Source: Hemiscyllium ocellatum
Lineage: Eukaryota
Assembly: GCF_020745735.1 (NCBI RefSeq)
Contig: NC_083409.1
Location: 22,650,048 to 22,714,047, forward strand
Direction of reading: 5' to 3'
Length of the DNA: 64,000 nt
Part shown: piece after piece, positions 24,300 through 36,649 of the stretch
Numbering within the stretch: position 1 is the stretch's first letter
Layout of the letters: every line of letters begins with the position of its first letter
The notes under the pieces: generated by a model
Seen by the model: the letters and a program-made list of their open reading frames with translations, nothing else
Told to the model about the DNA's origin: nothing
Databases searched by the model: none
Made by a program: the position numbers and the translations under genes

Positions 24300-24770
24300 G
24301 CCTCCTGTGCTGTCAGATTCCAGGGAGTGAAGATGGTTCACAGTTTTCTCCCGTCTCAGTAACAAACACCCAGCTGCTCCGAGCTCCTTCTTTCACTTCC
24401 TCTTTTTTGTGAAGTTTCAACCTTGCGATCTGACAGTCTTTGCAGTTATTTTTTACACTGGGGCTTTCTGCTGTGGTCAGAATCTCTAATAATAAGTGTC
24501 CGATCAGTGACAATCACAGCAGCTAAGAGCAGTCAGGACTGAGGAGCCAAGCTCATTGTGAAACATATTGGGAAGATCAAAGTCATCCTCTTCAGATCCT
24601 GGTATAAACTCCATCCCTCTCCCTGAGCACTATCTGCTGCTCAACCAGACTCTTTACAAACTGGGTCTCATGTTTGAGAATGATCTAAGCCCCATATCTT
24701 TCATATCACAAAGATCAGCCACTGAAAATCTCAGCCATGTTTATGGGGCTCCAAACATGACCATTCCAAT
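24300..24770 (+). repeat. Outlying block of the inverted duplication (paralog about 46270-46900), unique sequence plus L2-like fragment
   Basis: CAGTTTTCTCCCGTCTCAGTAACAA...GCAGCTAAGAGCAGTCAGGACTGAGGAGCCA matches the reverse complement at 46650-46865. Confidence 0.88.
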
Positions 24771-24999
24771 GGCTGATGCACATCACAGCCACTGCCCTCC
24801 GTATCCTTCAGCTCATCCAAAATTCTGCAGCCCGTATCCAAACTTGCACCAAGTCCCGTTCCCACAACCCCCTGCACCCCGTGCCTAGATTGGCTCCTGG
24901 TCAAGCAACACCTCGATTTTCAAATTCTCATCCTTGTTTTCAAATCCCTCTCTGCCCTCCACTCTCCCTATCTCTGTAACCTCCTCCAAGCTGCCTCAC

Positions 25000-27900
25000 T
25001 CCGTGTGGTCAGCAATCTTGGATAATTGGCTCTCTATTCCTTCATCCAAGTCATTGAGAAATATTGTGAAATACTGAGGCCCCTGCACAAATCCCTGGGG
25101 ACACCACTATTCACATCTTGTTCATTAGAGAGCACGCACATTATCCCTCTTCTCTGTCTCCTACCTCCAAACTAATTCCTCACCAAAGACAAATACTTTT
25201 CTGTCACTGTCTTGATGATAGGAAGCAGAGGTAATATTGGAAGGATGCTTGTCAGACTGGAGGCCTGTGTTGAGTGGAGTGCCTCAGGGCTCAGTGCTGG
25301 CCCCATTACTGTTTGTTATCAATATTAATGGTTTGGATGAGAACCTGTAAGGCATGATTAGTAAGTTTGATGTGCAGGTCAGGTGAATTGGACATGTTAA
25401 ATTGGCCATAGTCTTAGGTACATTAGTCAGAGGGAAATGTCTCTAAATGGGTTACTCTTCAGAGGGTCAGTGTGGATTGGTTGGGCCGAAGACCTGTTTC
25501 CACACTGGAGGGAATCGAATCTCTAATCCTGTACAGGATGTCAGTGAGGTCGTACTTGGAATATTGTATTGAGTTTGGTCACCTTGTTATAGGAAGGATA
25601 TTACTAAACCAGAAAGAGTACAGAAGAAATTGGCAAGGATGTTGCCTGGACTCAACAATCTGAGTTATAGGGAGAGGTTAGGCAAGTTGGACTTTTTTCT
25701 TCGAGCGTAGGAGACTGGTGGGGGAACTTTTAGAAGTGTATAAGATCATGAGAGACATGGACAGGGTTGGGGAATCGAGGATGAGAGGGCATCAGTTTAG
25801 TGTTAGAGAGGAATGAATAAAAGGGAACCTGAGGGGCAACATTTTTACACAGAGGGTGGCACGCATGTGGAATGAGATGCCAGCTGAAGTGATTGAGGTG
25901 GATACATTAACAACATTTAAAAGACATTTGGACAAATACATAGATAGGAAAACATTTGAAGGATATGGGCCAAGTGCAGGGAAATGGGGTTAGCATGGAT
26001 GGATATTTTGGTCAGCACGGTCCAGTTTGAACCAAAGGGCCTGTCTCTGTGCTGTAGGACTCGATCACTCTATGACTCTATAATTCCATATGTTTCCATG
26101 TTTCTGAACAGTCTCTCAAACATAGAAACAAAGGAACTAGGAGCAAGAGGAGGCCATTCAGCCCTTCAAGTTGGCTCTGCCATTCAATATGACCATGGCT
26201 AATCATCCAACTTAGTCCCCTGCTCCCATTTTTTCTCCATAAAATTTAACCCCTTTAGTTCTAAGAATACACTTATCCTCTCTTGAAAATATTGAATGTT
26301 TTGGGCTCAACTGCTTTCTGTGACAGACTATCCCACTAGCTTCCCAGTCTCTGGCAAAAGAAATGTCTCCTCAGCTCAGTCTGAAATAACCTTTCCCTTT
26401 TCTTTAAACCATAATTCGTAGTTCTGGATTCCCCAGTCATCAGGAACATCCTCCCTGTGTTGTTCTAGTCTTGTCCTGTTCGGATTTTCAAGGTTACAAT
26501 ATGATTCCTTTCAATCTTCTAAGTGCCAATGAATATAATCCTAACTGATCCAGTTTCTCATCAGATCTAAGTGCTGTCCTCCCAGGAATCAGTCTGGTAA
26601 ACCTTCACTGCTCTCCCTCCACAGCCAAAACATCCTTCCTCAATTAAGGAGCCTGAAACTACCCACGACAGAATCATGAAATCACACAGTACAGAGGAGG
26701 CCCTTCAGCCCATTAACTGTGTACCAGCCAAACTACACTAAACCTACACCAGTCCCACTTTCCAACATGAGGCCCACAGCTTGAATGTTATGACATTTCA
26801 ACTGCTCACCCAAGTACATTTTAAACTTTGTGAGGTTTCCCACCTCAACTCCCCTCTCAGGCTGTGCATTCCAGATGCACACCAACCTCTGGATGAAAAA
26901 CATTTTCCTTAAAACATCTTGAAGCCTCCTAGCTTTCACATTGAATGTGAGTCAACTTGTTATTGACCCTCCCAAAAAGGAGAACAGCTGCTTTCTCTCC
27001 TCCCTGCCAATTCCCCTCATAACCTTATACACCTCTATCAGGTCCCCCCTCCACCTTCTCTGCTCTATAGAAAACAACCCGAGCTGATCCAATTTCTCTT
27101 CATCACTGAGAGGTTCCATCCCACACAACATCCTGGTGATTCCCCTCTGCACCCCATCCAGTGCAATCACATCCTTCCTACAGTGTGGTGACCTGAACTG
27201 CACATAGTACTCCAGCTGTGGCCTCACCAATGTTCTGCTTAACTGCACCATCTCCTCCTGCTTTTATAACCGATACCTGACATGACAAAGGCAAGTGTCC
27301 CCTATGCCTTCATAACTGCTCTGTTAACCTGTCTTGCCATATTCAGGGATCAGTGGAGAAGCACCCCAAGATCACGCTGTTCCTTTGAGCTTCCTCAGTT
27401 CAAAGACCAAAGAGCAATGAAAATTACAGCACAAGAACTGGCCCTTCGGCCCTACTAGACTGCACTGGTCCAAATCTTCCATCTAAACCTGTCATCAATT
27501 TTCCAAGGGTCTATCTCCCTTTGCTCCCTGCCCATCCATGTATCTATCTAGATATATCTTAAATGATGCTATTGTGCCTGCCTCTACCACCTCCACTGGC
27601 AACGTGTTCCAGGACCAATCACTCTCTGTGTGAAGAACTTTCCATACATATCTCCCTTAAATGTTTCCACTCTCACCCTGAACTCATGACCCCGAGTAAT
27701 TGAGTCCCCCACTCTGGGAAAAAGCTTGTTGCTATCCACCCTGTCTATACCTCTCATGATTTTGTAGACCCTAATCAGGTTCCCCCCGCAACGTTCGACT
27801 TTCTAATGAAAATAATCCTAATCTACTAAACCTCTCTTCATAGCTAGTGCCCTCCATACCAGGCAATCCTGGTGAACCTCCTCTGCACCCTCTCCAAAGC

Positions 27901-30900
27901 ATCCACATCTTTCTGGTAATGTGGCAACCAGAACTGTACGCAGTATTCCAAATGTGGCCAGGCCAAAGTCTGATATAATTCTAATATGACCTTCCAACTC
28001 TTGTGCTGAATACCACGTCTGGTGAAGGAAGGTATGCCATATGCCTTCCTGACCACTCTGTCGATCTGTGTTGTCACCTCCAGTGTACAATGGACCTGAA
28101 CACCCAGGTCTCTCTGGCCATCAATTTTCCCAGGGTGTTCCATTCACCGTACAGTTTACTCCAGATTTGGATCTTCCAAATTTCTTCAGATCGCATTTGC
28201 CTGGTTTGAACTCCATCCGTCCGTTTCTCTGCCCAACTCTCCAATCTGTCTATATTCTGCTACATTCTCTGATGGTCCCTTTCAATATCTGCTACTCCAC
28301 CAATCTTAGAGTCATCTGCAAACTTGCTAATCAATCCACCTATACCTTCCTCCAGATCATTTATGTATATCAAAAACAAGAGCGGTACCAGCACAGATTC
28401 CTGTTCTCCATTTTGAGAAACTCCTTCCATTACTACCGTCTGTCTTCTGTTGCCCAGCCTGTTCTCTATCCATCTAGTAAGTACACTCTGGACCCTATGC
28501 GACTTAAATTTCTTTATCAGGCTGCCATGGGGAACTTTATCAAACGCATTCCTGAAATCCATGTGTATGACATCCATAGCCCTCCCTCATCAATCAACTT
28601 AATCACTTCTTCAAAAAATTCTATAAAGATGGTAAGACATGACATTCCCTGCACAAATTCATGCTGCCTATAACTAATAAGTCAATTTTCTTCCAAATAT
28701 AAATAGATCTTATCCCTCAGTATCTTCTCCAGCAGCTTCCTTACCACTACATCAGGCGTGTCACTGGTTGATAGTTGCCTGGATTATCCTGGCTACCCTT
28801 CTTAAACATTAGCAATTCTCCAGTCCTCTGGGACCTCATCCATGTTCAAAGTTGCTACAAAGATATTGATTAAGGCCCCAGCTATTTCCTCTCTTGCTTC
28901 CCTCAGTAACCTGGGATCAATCCCATCCCGACCTGGGGGCTTGTCCACCTGGATGCCTTTTAAAATACCCAACACTTCCTCCCTCCTTAAACCTACTTGA
29001 CCCTGAATAAACAAACATCTATCCCCAACTTCAACATCTGTCATTTCCCCCTCCTTGGTGAATACCAACGTAAAGCACTCATTAAGAATCTCATCAATTT
29101 TCTCTGACTCCACACATAACTTTCCTCCTTTGTCCTTGAGTGGGCCAACCCTTTCTCTAGTCACCCTCTTGCTCCTTATATATGAATAAAAGGATTTGGG
29201 ATTTTCCTTAATCCTATTTGTTAATGATATTTTGTGACCCCTTTTAGCCCTTTTAATTCCTCACTTCAGATTGGTCCTACTTTCACGATATTCTTCCAAA
29301 GCTTTGCCTGTTTTCAGCTACCTCGACCATATGTATGCATCCTTTTTCCTCTTAGCTATGCTCACAATTTCATCTGTCATCCAGCGTTCCCTAATCCTGC
29401 CATTTCAATCCCTTATTTTCACAGGGACATGTCTGCCCTGACTCGAGTCAACCTCTCTTTAAAAGCCTCCCACATATCAAATATGGATTTCCCTTTAAAC
29501 AGCTACTCCCAATCCACATTCCCCAGCTCCTGCCAAATTTTGCTATAGTTGGCCTTCCCCCAGTTTAGCCATCTTCCTTTCGGACCACTCTCGTCTTTGT
29601 CCAGGAGTATTCTAAATCTTATGGAATTGTGGTCACTGTTACCAAAATAATCCCCTAGTGAAATTTCAACCACCTGGCCGGGCTCATTCCCCAATACCTG
29701 GCCCCTTCCTGAGTTAGATTATTTCCACATTACTCTGTAAAATCCTCCTGGATGCTCCTTACAAATTCTGCTCCATCTTAACTTCTAACATTGAGTGAAT
29801 CACAGTCAATGTTGGGAAAATTAAAATCTTCCATCACCACCACCTTGTTACTCCTACATCTTTCCATAATCTGTTTACATATTTGTACCTCTATCCCACA
29901 TTCACTCTTAGAGCCTTGTAGGATAGCACCGACATTGTTACTGCACCCTTCCTGTTTCTGAGCTCTGCCCATATTGCCCCACTGCTCGAGTCCTCCATAG
30001 TGCCCTCCTTCAGCACACCTGTGATAACCACTCTGACCAATAATGCAACTCCTCCATCCCTTTTACCTCCCTCTCAAACCCATCGGATACCTCTGTATCC
30101 TGGGATATTTAGTTGCCAATCTTGCCCTTCCCTCAACCACGTCTCAGTAATAGCAATAACATCATACTCCCAGATACTAATCCAAGCCCAAAATTCCTCT
30201 GCCTTACCTACTACGCTTCTCACATTAAAACAATACACCTCAGACCATCTGTCCCTTTGCTTTCATCATCTGCCCCCGACCTACTCTTAACCTTAGTCAC
30301 GCTAACTTCAATATCTAGTTCCTGACAGGCTTTAGTTACTCCCTCCTTATTGTCCACTAACTTCCTCATTTGGTTCCCATCCCTCTGCTACACTATTTTG
30401 AACGTGATCAAACATATCCCACAGGACACTGGTTTCAGTCCTGCCCAGGTGTAGACCACTCGATTTGTAATTGTCCCACCTCCCCAGGAACCAGTCCCAA
30501 TGTCCCAAAAATCTGAACCCCTCCCTCCTGCACCATCTCTCAGGCCACGCATTCATCCTGCCTATACTTTCATTTCGACTCTGACTAGCACATGGCACTG
30601 GGAGCAATCCTGAGATTACTACCTCTGAGATCCTACATTTTAATATGGTTCCTAACTCCCTAAATTCTGCTTGTCGGACCTCATCCCATTTATTACCAAT
30701 ATCATCGGTGCCTACATGAACCGTCACAGTTAGCTGTTTACCTCCCCCTTCAGAATGTCCTGTAGCCGATCTGAGACATCCCTGAGCCGTACAGCTGGGA
30801 GGCAACATGCTATTCGTGAGTCTTGTCTTTGACCACAGAACCGCCGATCTACTCCCTTTACAAAGTCCAAACAAACCGTGTCCATGGGCCCCCCTTATCA

Positions 30901-31560
30901 AATCCACTCACTACATCCTCAAACAATTCCAGTCGATTTTTTAAGCATGATTTCCCTTTCGAAAATTCATGCTTACTATCTCCAGTTCTGTCACTGTTTT
31001 CAAAGTGCTAAGCTATCAAATATTTTGTAATGAACTTGAGCATTTTCTCCACTGCTGATTTCTAGCTAATTGGTCTAAAATGTTTGATTTTCCCCCTCTC
31101 TATCTCTCTCTCTCTCTTTCAATAATCGTGTTAAATTAGCTCCCTCCACTCTGTTTGACCTATTCCACAGTCGACAAACAGATAACCATCAATGTTTCTA
31201 ATATTTTACAACCCACTTCCGGAAGCACTCCTGAAAATAGATTATTTGGCCCTGCTGATTTAACACACTTTAATTTTCCCAGAACCATTTTCCTCAACAA
31301 CTGATTTCCTTCAGCTCATTCCTCTGATAAAACCCCAAGTTCACCAACATGTCTGAGATTTATTTGAGAATTCATTTGTGCAGCAAGATCCAGAATATGT
31401 TTATCTGTCATCTCTTTGTTCCAACGATAACATTATAACACTTATGTGAAACTTCCTTGAATGTCATCTGGACGTCCATATAAACAACACATTCCCTTAT
31501 CTCCCACATTAGTGACCTCGTTAAAACATGTAACCAGGTTAGTTAAAAATGTCTGACCCT
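25000..31560. mobile_element. Nested CR1-like LINE fragments, including a roughly 3-kb minus-strand ORF2 remnant (about 27410-30300) and an ORF1 esterase piece (about 30330-30850)
   Basis: DVIHMDFRNAFDKVPH, SKFADDSKIGG, PGRDGIDPRLL, SDHNSIRF and TVHVGTDDIG motifs. Confidence 0.85.
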
Positions 31561-31729
31561 TTTTAAATCCATGCTGACTTACTCTGATCTGTTCATATTT
31601 GTCAGACATTCTGTCTCTAAACCAGATTCAATTACTTCCCAACAATAGACATTCAATGGAGATGTTCATTGTGAGTGAGGTTAGTAAACAGCTAGCACTG
31701 ACATGACGGGCTGAACAGCCTCCTCCTAG

Positions 31730-34700
31730 AGTCACAGAGTCAAAGAGATATTCAGAATGGAAACAGACCCTTCGGTCCAACTTGTCCATGCTGACCAGAC
31801 ATCCCAAACCAATCTAGTCCCACTTGCCAACTCCTGGCCCAGATCCCTCCAAACCCTTCCAATTCATATACCCATTCAGATGCCTTTTAAATGTTGCAAT
31901 TGTACCAGCCTCTACCACTTCCTCTGCTCTCACCACCTTGTGCATGAAAAAGTTGCTCCTCAAGTCTCTTTTATATCTTTCCCCTCTTACCCTAAACCTA
32001 TGCCCTCTATTACTGGACTCCACCACCCCAGGGAAAAGACTTGGTCTCTTTGCCCTATCCATGCCCCTCATGATTTCATAAACCTCTGTAAGGTCACTCC
32101 TCAGCCTCCGACACTCCAGGGGAAATATCCCCAGCCTATTTAACCTCTCCCTATAGCTTAAATCCTCCAACCCTGGTAACATCCTTTTATATCTTTTCCG
32201 AACCCTTTCAAGTTTCACAACATCTTTCTGATAGGAAGGAGACCAGAATTGAATGCAATACTTCAAAAGTGGCCTAGGTGACCTCCCAATTCCTATACTC
32301 AATAATCTGACCATTAAAGGAAAGCATATCGAATGTCTTCTTCATTATCCTATCCAACTACTACTCTACTTTCAAGGAGCTATGAACATGCACTCTAAAG
32401 TCTCTTTGTTCAGCAACACTCCCGAGGACCTTACTATTAAGAGTATAAGTCCTGCTCAGATTTGCTTTCCCAAATGCAGCACCTTACATTTATCTAAATT
32501 AAACTCCATCTGCCATTCCTCAGCTCAATTGCCCATTGGATCAAGATCCTATTGTAATCTGACGTAACCTTCTTCACTGTCCACTTCACCTCCAATTTTC
32601 GTGTCATTTGCAAACTTACTAACTCTACCGCCTATGTTCATATCCAAATCATTTATGTAAATGACAAAAAGTAGTTGACCCAGCACCAATCCTTATGACA
32701 CTCCACTGGCCACAGGCCTCCAATCTGAAAAACATCCCTCCACTACCACCCTCTGTATTCTACCTTTGAGCCAGTTCTGTATCCAAATGGCTAGTTCTCC
32801 TGTATTCCATGAGATCTAACCTTGCTAACCTGTCTCCCATGGGGAACCTTGTCAAATGCCTTATTGAAGTCCATTCAGATCCTGTCTAATGCTCTGCCCT
32901 TATCAATTCTTTCTGTTACTTCTTCAAAAGATTCAATCAAGTTTGTGAGACATGATTTCCCACACACAAAACCATGCTGCCCAACCCTAATCAGTCTTTG
33001 CCTTTCCAAATGTATGGACAATTTGTCCCTCAGGATTCCGGCTCATTGGTCTACAATTCCCTGACTTGTCCTTACCACCTTTCTTAAATAGTGGCACCAA
33101 TTAGTGAACCTCCAGTCTTCTGGCACATCATCTGTGACTATTGAGGATACAAATATCACAGTAAGAGGCCCAGCAATCACTTCCCTAGCTTCCCACAGAG
33201 TCCTAGGGTACACCTAATTAGGTCCTGGGGATTTATCCACTTTTATGCATTTCAAGACATCTAGCACCTCCTCGTCTGAAATATGAACATTTTTCAAGAT
33301 GTCACCATCTATTACCTTACGTTCTATATCTTCAATATCCTTCTCCACAGTTAAACTGAAGCAAAATACTCGTTTAGTATCTGCCCCATCTCCTGCGGCT
33401 CCACACAAAGGTCGCCTTGCTGATCTTTGAGGGGCCCTATTCTCTCCTTAGTTACTCTCTTGTCCTTAATGTATTCGTAAAACCCCTCTGGATTCTCCTT
33501 AACCTTATTTGCCAAAACATTCTCATGTCCCCTTGTTGCCCTCCTGATTTCCCTCTTAAGAATACTCCTACTGCCTTTGTATACCTCTCAGGATTCACTC
33601 GATCTATCCTGTCTATACCTGACATATGCTCCATTCTTTTTCTTAACCAAACCCTCAATGTTTCTTGTCATCCAATATTCCCTTCACCTACCAGCCTTTC
33701 CTTTCACCCTAACTAAAATATACTTTCTCTGGACTCAAGTTATCTCATTTCTGAAGGCTTCTCATTTTCCAGCTGTCCCTTTACCTGTGAGCAACTTCCC
33801 CCAATCAGCTTTTCAGAGTTTTAGATTAGATTACTTAGTGTGGAAACAGGCCCTTCAGCCCAACAAGTCCAGACGGACCCTCCGAAGAGCAACCCACCCA
33901 GACCCATTCCCCTATGTTTATCCCTTCACCTAACACTATGGACAATTTAGCATGGCCAATTCACCTAACCTGCACTTTTTTAGACTGGGGGAGGAAACCC
34001 ACGCCGACATGGGGAGTATGTGCAAACTGCACACAGACAGTTGCCTGAGGTGGGAATTGAACCCGGGGCACTGGCACTGTGAGGCAGCAGTGTTAACCAC
34101 TGTGCCACCGTGCCTGATACTGGCAAAATTAGCCTTCCTCCAATTTAGAACTTCAACTTCTGGATCTGGTCTATCCTTTTCCATCACTATTTTAAAATGA
34201 ATAGAATTATGGTCGCTGACCAAAAGTGCTCCTCCACTTGCACCTCAGTCACCTGCCCTGCCTTATTTCCAAGAGTAGGTCGAGCTTTGCACCTTCTCTA
34301 GGAGGTACATCCACATACTGAATCAGAAAATTGTCTTGTACACACTTAACATATTCCTCTCCATCTAAATTCTTAACACTATGGCAGTCCCAGTCTATGT
34401 TTGGAAAGTTAAAATCCCCTACTATAACCACCCCATTATTCTTACTGATAACTGAAATCTCCTTAAAAATCTATTTCTCAATTTCCCGCTGACTACTGGA
34501 GGGGGGCTATAATATAATCCCAAGAAGGTGATTATCCCCTTCTTTTTTCTCAGTTCCACCCAAATAACTTCCCTGGATGTATTTCTGGGAATATCCTCCC
34601 TAAGTACAGCTGTAATGCTATCCCTTATCAAAAATGCCACTCCCCCTCCTCTCTTGCCTCCCTTTCTGACCTTCCCGTAGCATTTGTATCCTAGAACATG

Positions 34701-35640
34701 AAACAGCCAGTCCTGTCTATCCCCGAGCCATGTTTCTGTAATTGCTATGATATCCCAGTCCCATGTTCCTAACCACGCCCTATGTTCATCTTCCTTCCCT
34801 GTTAGGCCTCTTGCACTGAAATAAATGCAGTTTAATTTATCAGTCTTACCTTGTTCTCTGCTTTGTCCCTGCCTGCCCTGACTGTTTGACTTGCCTTTGT
34901 TCTCAACTGTACCAATCTTAGATTGAAATCTTTCCTCACTATCTCCCTGGGTCCCTCCCACCCATCTTACTAGTTAAATCCTCCCGAGCAGCTCTAGCAA
35001 ATCTCCCTGCCAGTATATTAGTCCCCTTCCAATTTAGATGCAATCTGTCCTTCTTGTTCAGGTCACTTCTACCTCAAAACAGCTTCCAAAGATCCAAAAA
35101 TGTGAATCCTTCTCCCATACACCAGCTCCTTAGCCATGCATTCATCTGCTCTATCCTCCTATTCCTGCCCTCACTAGCTCATAGCACTGGGGGTAATTTA
35201 GATATTACTACTCTCGAGGATCTCCTTTTTAAATTCCTGCCTAACTCTCTGCAATCTCCCTTCAGAATCTCAACCTTTTCCCTTCCTATGTCGTTGGTTC
35301 CAAAGTGTACAATGGCCTCCTGCTGGTCCCTCTCCACCTTAAGAACATTCTGCACCTTCCCTGAGACATCCTTGATCCTGGCCCCAGGGAAGCAACACAC
35401 CATTCTGATTTTTCACTGCTGGCCACAGAAACGTCTTCTGTTCCTCGGGCTCGAGAGTCCCCTAACACAGTCGATCATTTGGAACCCGACGTACCTCCCA
35501 TTACATTAGAGCCAGTGTCAATACCAGGAACTTGGCTGCTCATGCTAAGTACCCCTGAGTTTCCATCACTCCCTACATTTTCCAAAGCAGCATACTTGTT
35601 TGAAATGGGAATAGCCACAGAAGACACCTGCACCTCTCTG
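31730..35640 (-). mobile_element. Long decayed CR1-like LINE (ORF1 esterase, APE endonuclease, RT, 3' end) with an HE1-like SINE inserted at about 33822-34112
   Basis: VCCFPGARIKDVS, CIYFSARGL...WDIIAITETWL, GDFNFPNIDW and LKYCIQFWSPSY motifs in order. Confidence 0.88.
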
Positions 35641-35879
35641 GCCTTTCCTGAAGTTATGGTAAGAGCCCATGGGATCCAAGGCATTTTGGCAAATTGGATC
35701 CAAATATGAGGCAAAGAGTGATGGTGGAGGGTTGTCTTTCTGATTGGAAGCCTGTGACCAGTGGTTTTAGGCAGGGATTGGGGCTGGGACCCTTGCTGTT
35801 TGTAATGTACATTAACAAATTGACTGTGATTGTATAATTAGAAAGTTTTCAGAGGCCACATAAATTGGTGGTGTTATTG

Positions 35880-36638
35880 ATATTGATTTGATTTTTATTT
35901 TAGTTTATTGTCACATGTACTCGAGTGCAAAAGTATTGGAGTACAGTGAAAAGTGTGTAACGTCACCTCACAAGGTGCCATCTTAGGTACAAGGACCTCA
36001 GTACAGAATCGTAAGAACAAGGTAGAAAGAAAGAATAAAGTTCAAAGTTACACGTTGCAGATCTTTTTAGTTTTAAGTAGAAAATGAAGAAATAAAGCTG
36101 AAAGTTCAAGAATTATAGCCTTTCTTTAGAACTTAGCAACCATGGGATCATACTTTAAGTAATCATCTCGAGTCCAGAAGTCCGGGCTGAGGCCTTCCCT
36201 GGTGGAGAGGCCACCATATACAGAAAGGACCACTATGTGGGCTGAGAGACACCCACTCTGGGCCACTCAGAAATCGCTACACTAGGCCGAGTGACCATCA
36301 CGCTGGGCTGACAGTCTAGCATGCTGGGCTGAGAGGCCACCACATTGAACTGAGAGGCCATCATGTTGGACCAAGAGTCTGTCTTGTTGGGCTGGAAGAT
36401 CTCCCTGCCAGGCAAGGACACTGCCACACCAAGCCAGGAGGCCACATCATTAGGTCTGCACTTGGTCAGAGGCCTGGTGACTGAGGCTGGGAGTCGGTGC
36501 CCAGGAGAAGAAATAAGGGAGAAGAACAAAAGAAAAACACAAAAGAAAAGGAAAAGAGAAGTGGAATAGAAAGAAGAAAAGGAAACAGACGAAGCAGATG
36601 AACTCGGGCTGAAGCATCCTACTCTGCTGCCATCTTGG
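35880..36638 (-). mobile_element. Short non-autonomous LINE-like element nested in a CR1 RT fragment
   Basis: Minus strand begins CCAAGATGGCAGC and ends GTGACAATAAA...AAATCAAATCAA; CR1 RT sequence resumes on both sides; internal roughly 21-nt repeats. Confidence 0.5.
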
Positions 36639-36649
36639 ATTACTGGGTC

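Noticed and set aside
24313-24513. 66-aa ORF in the conserved upstream block
   Set aside because: The paralog at 46705-46900 has a frameshift and stop; no recognisable domain.
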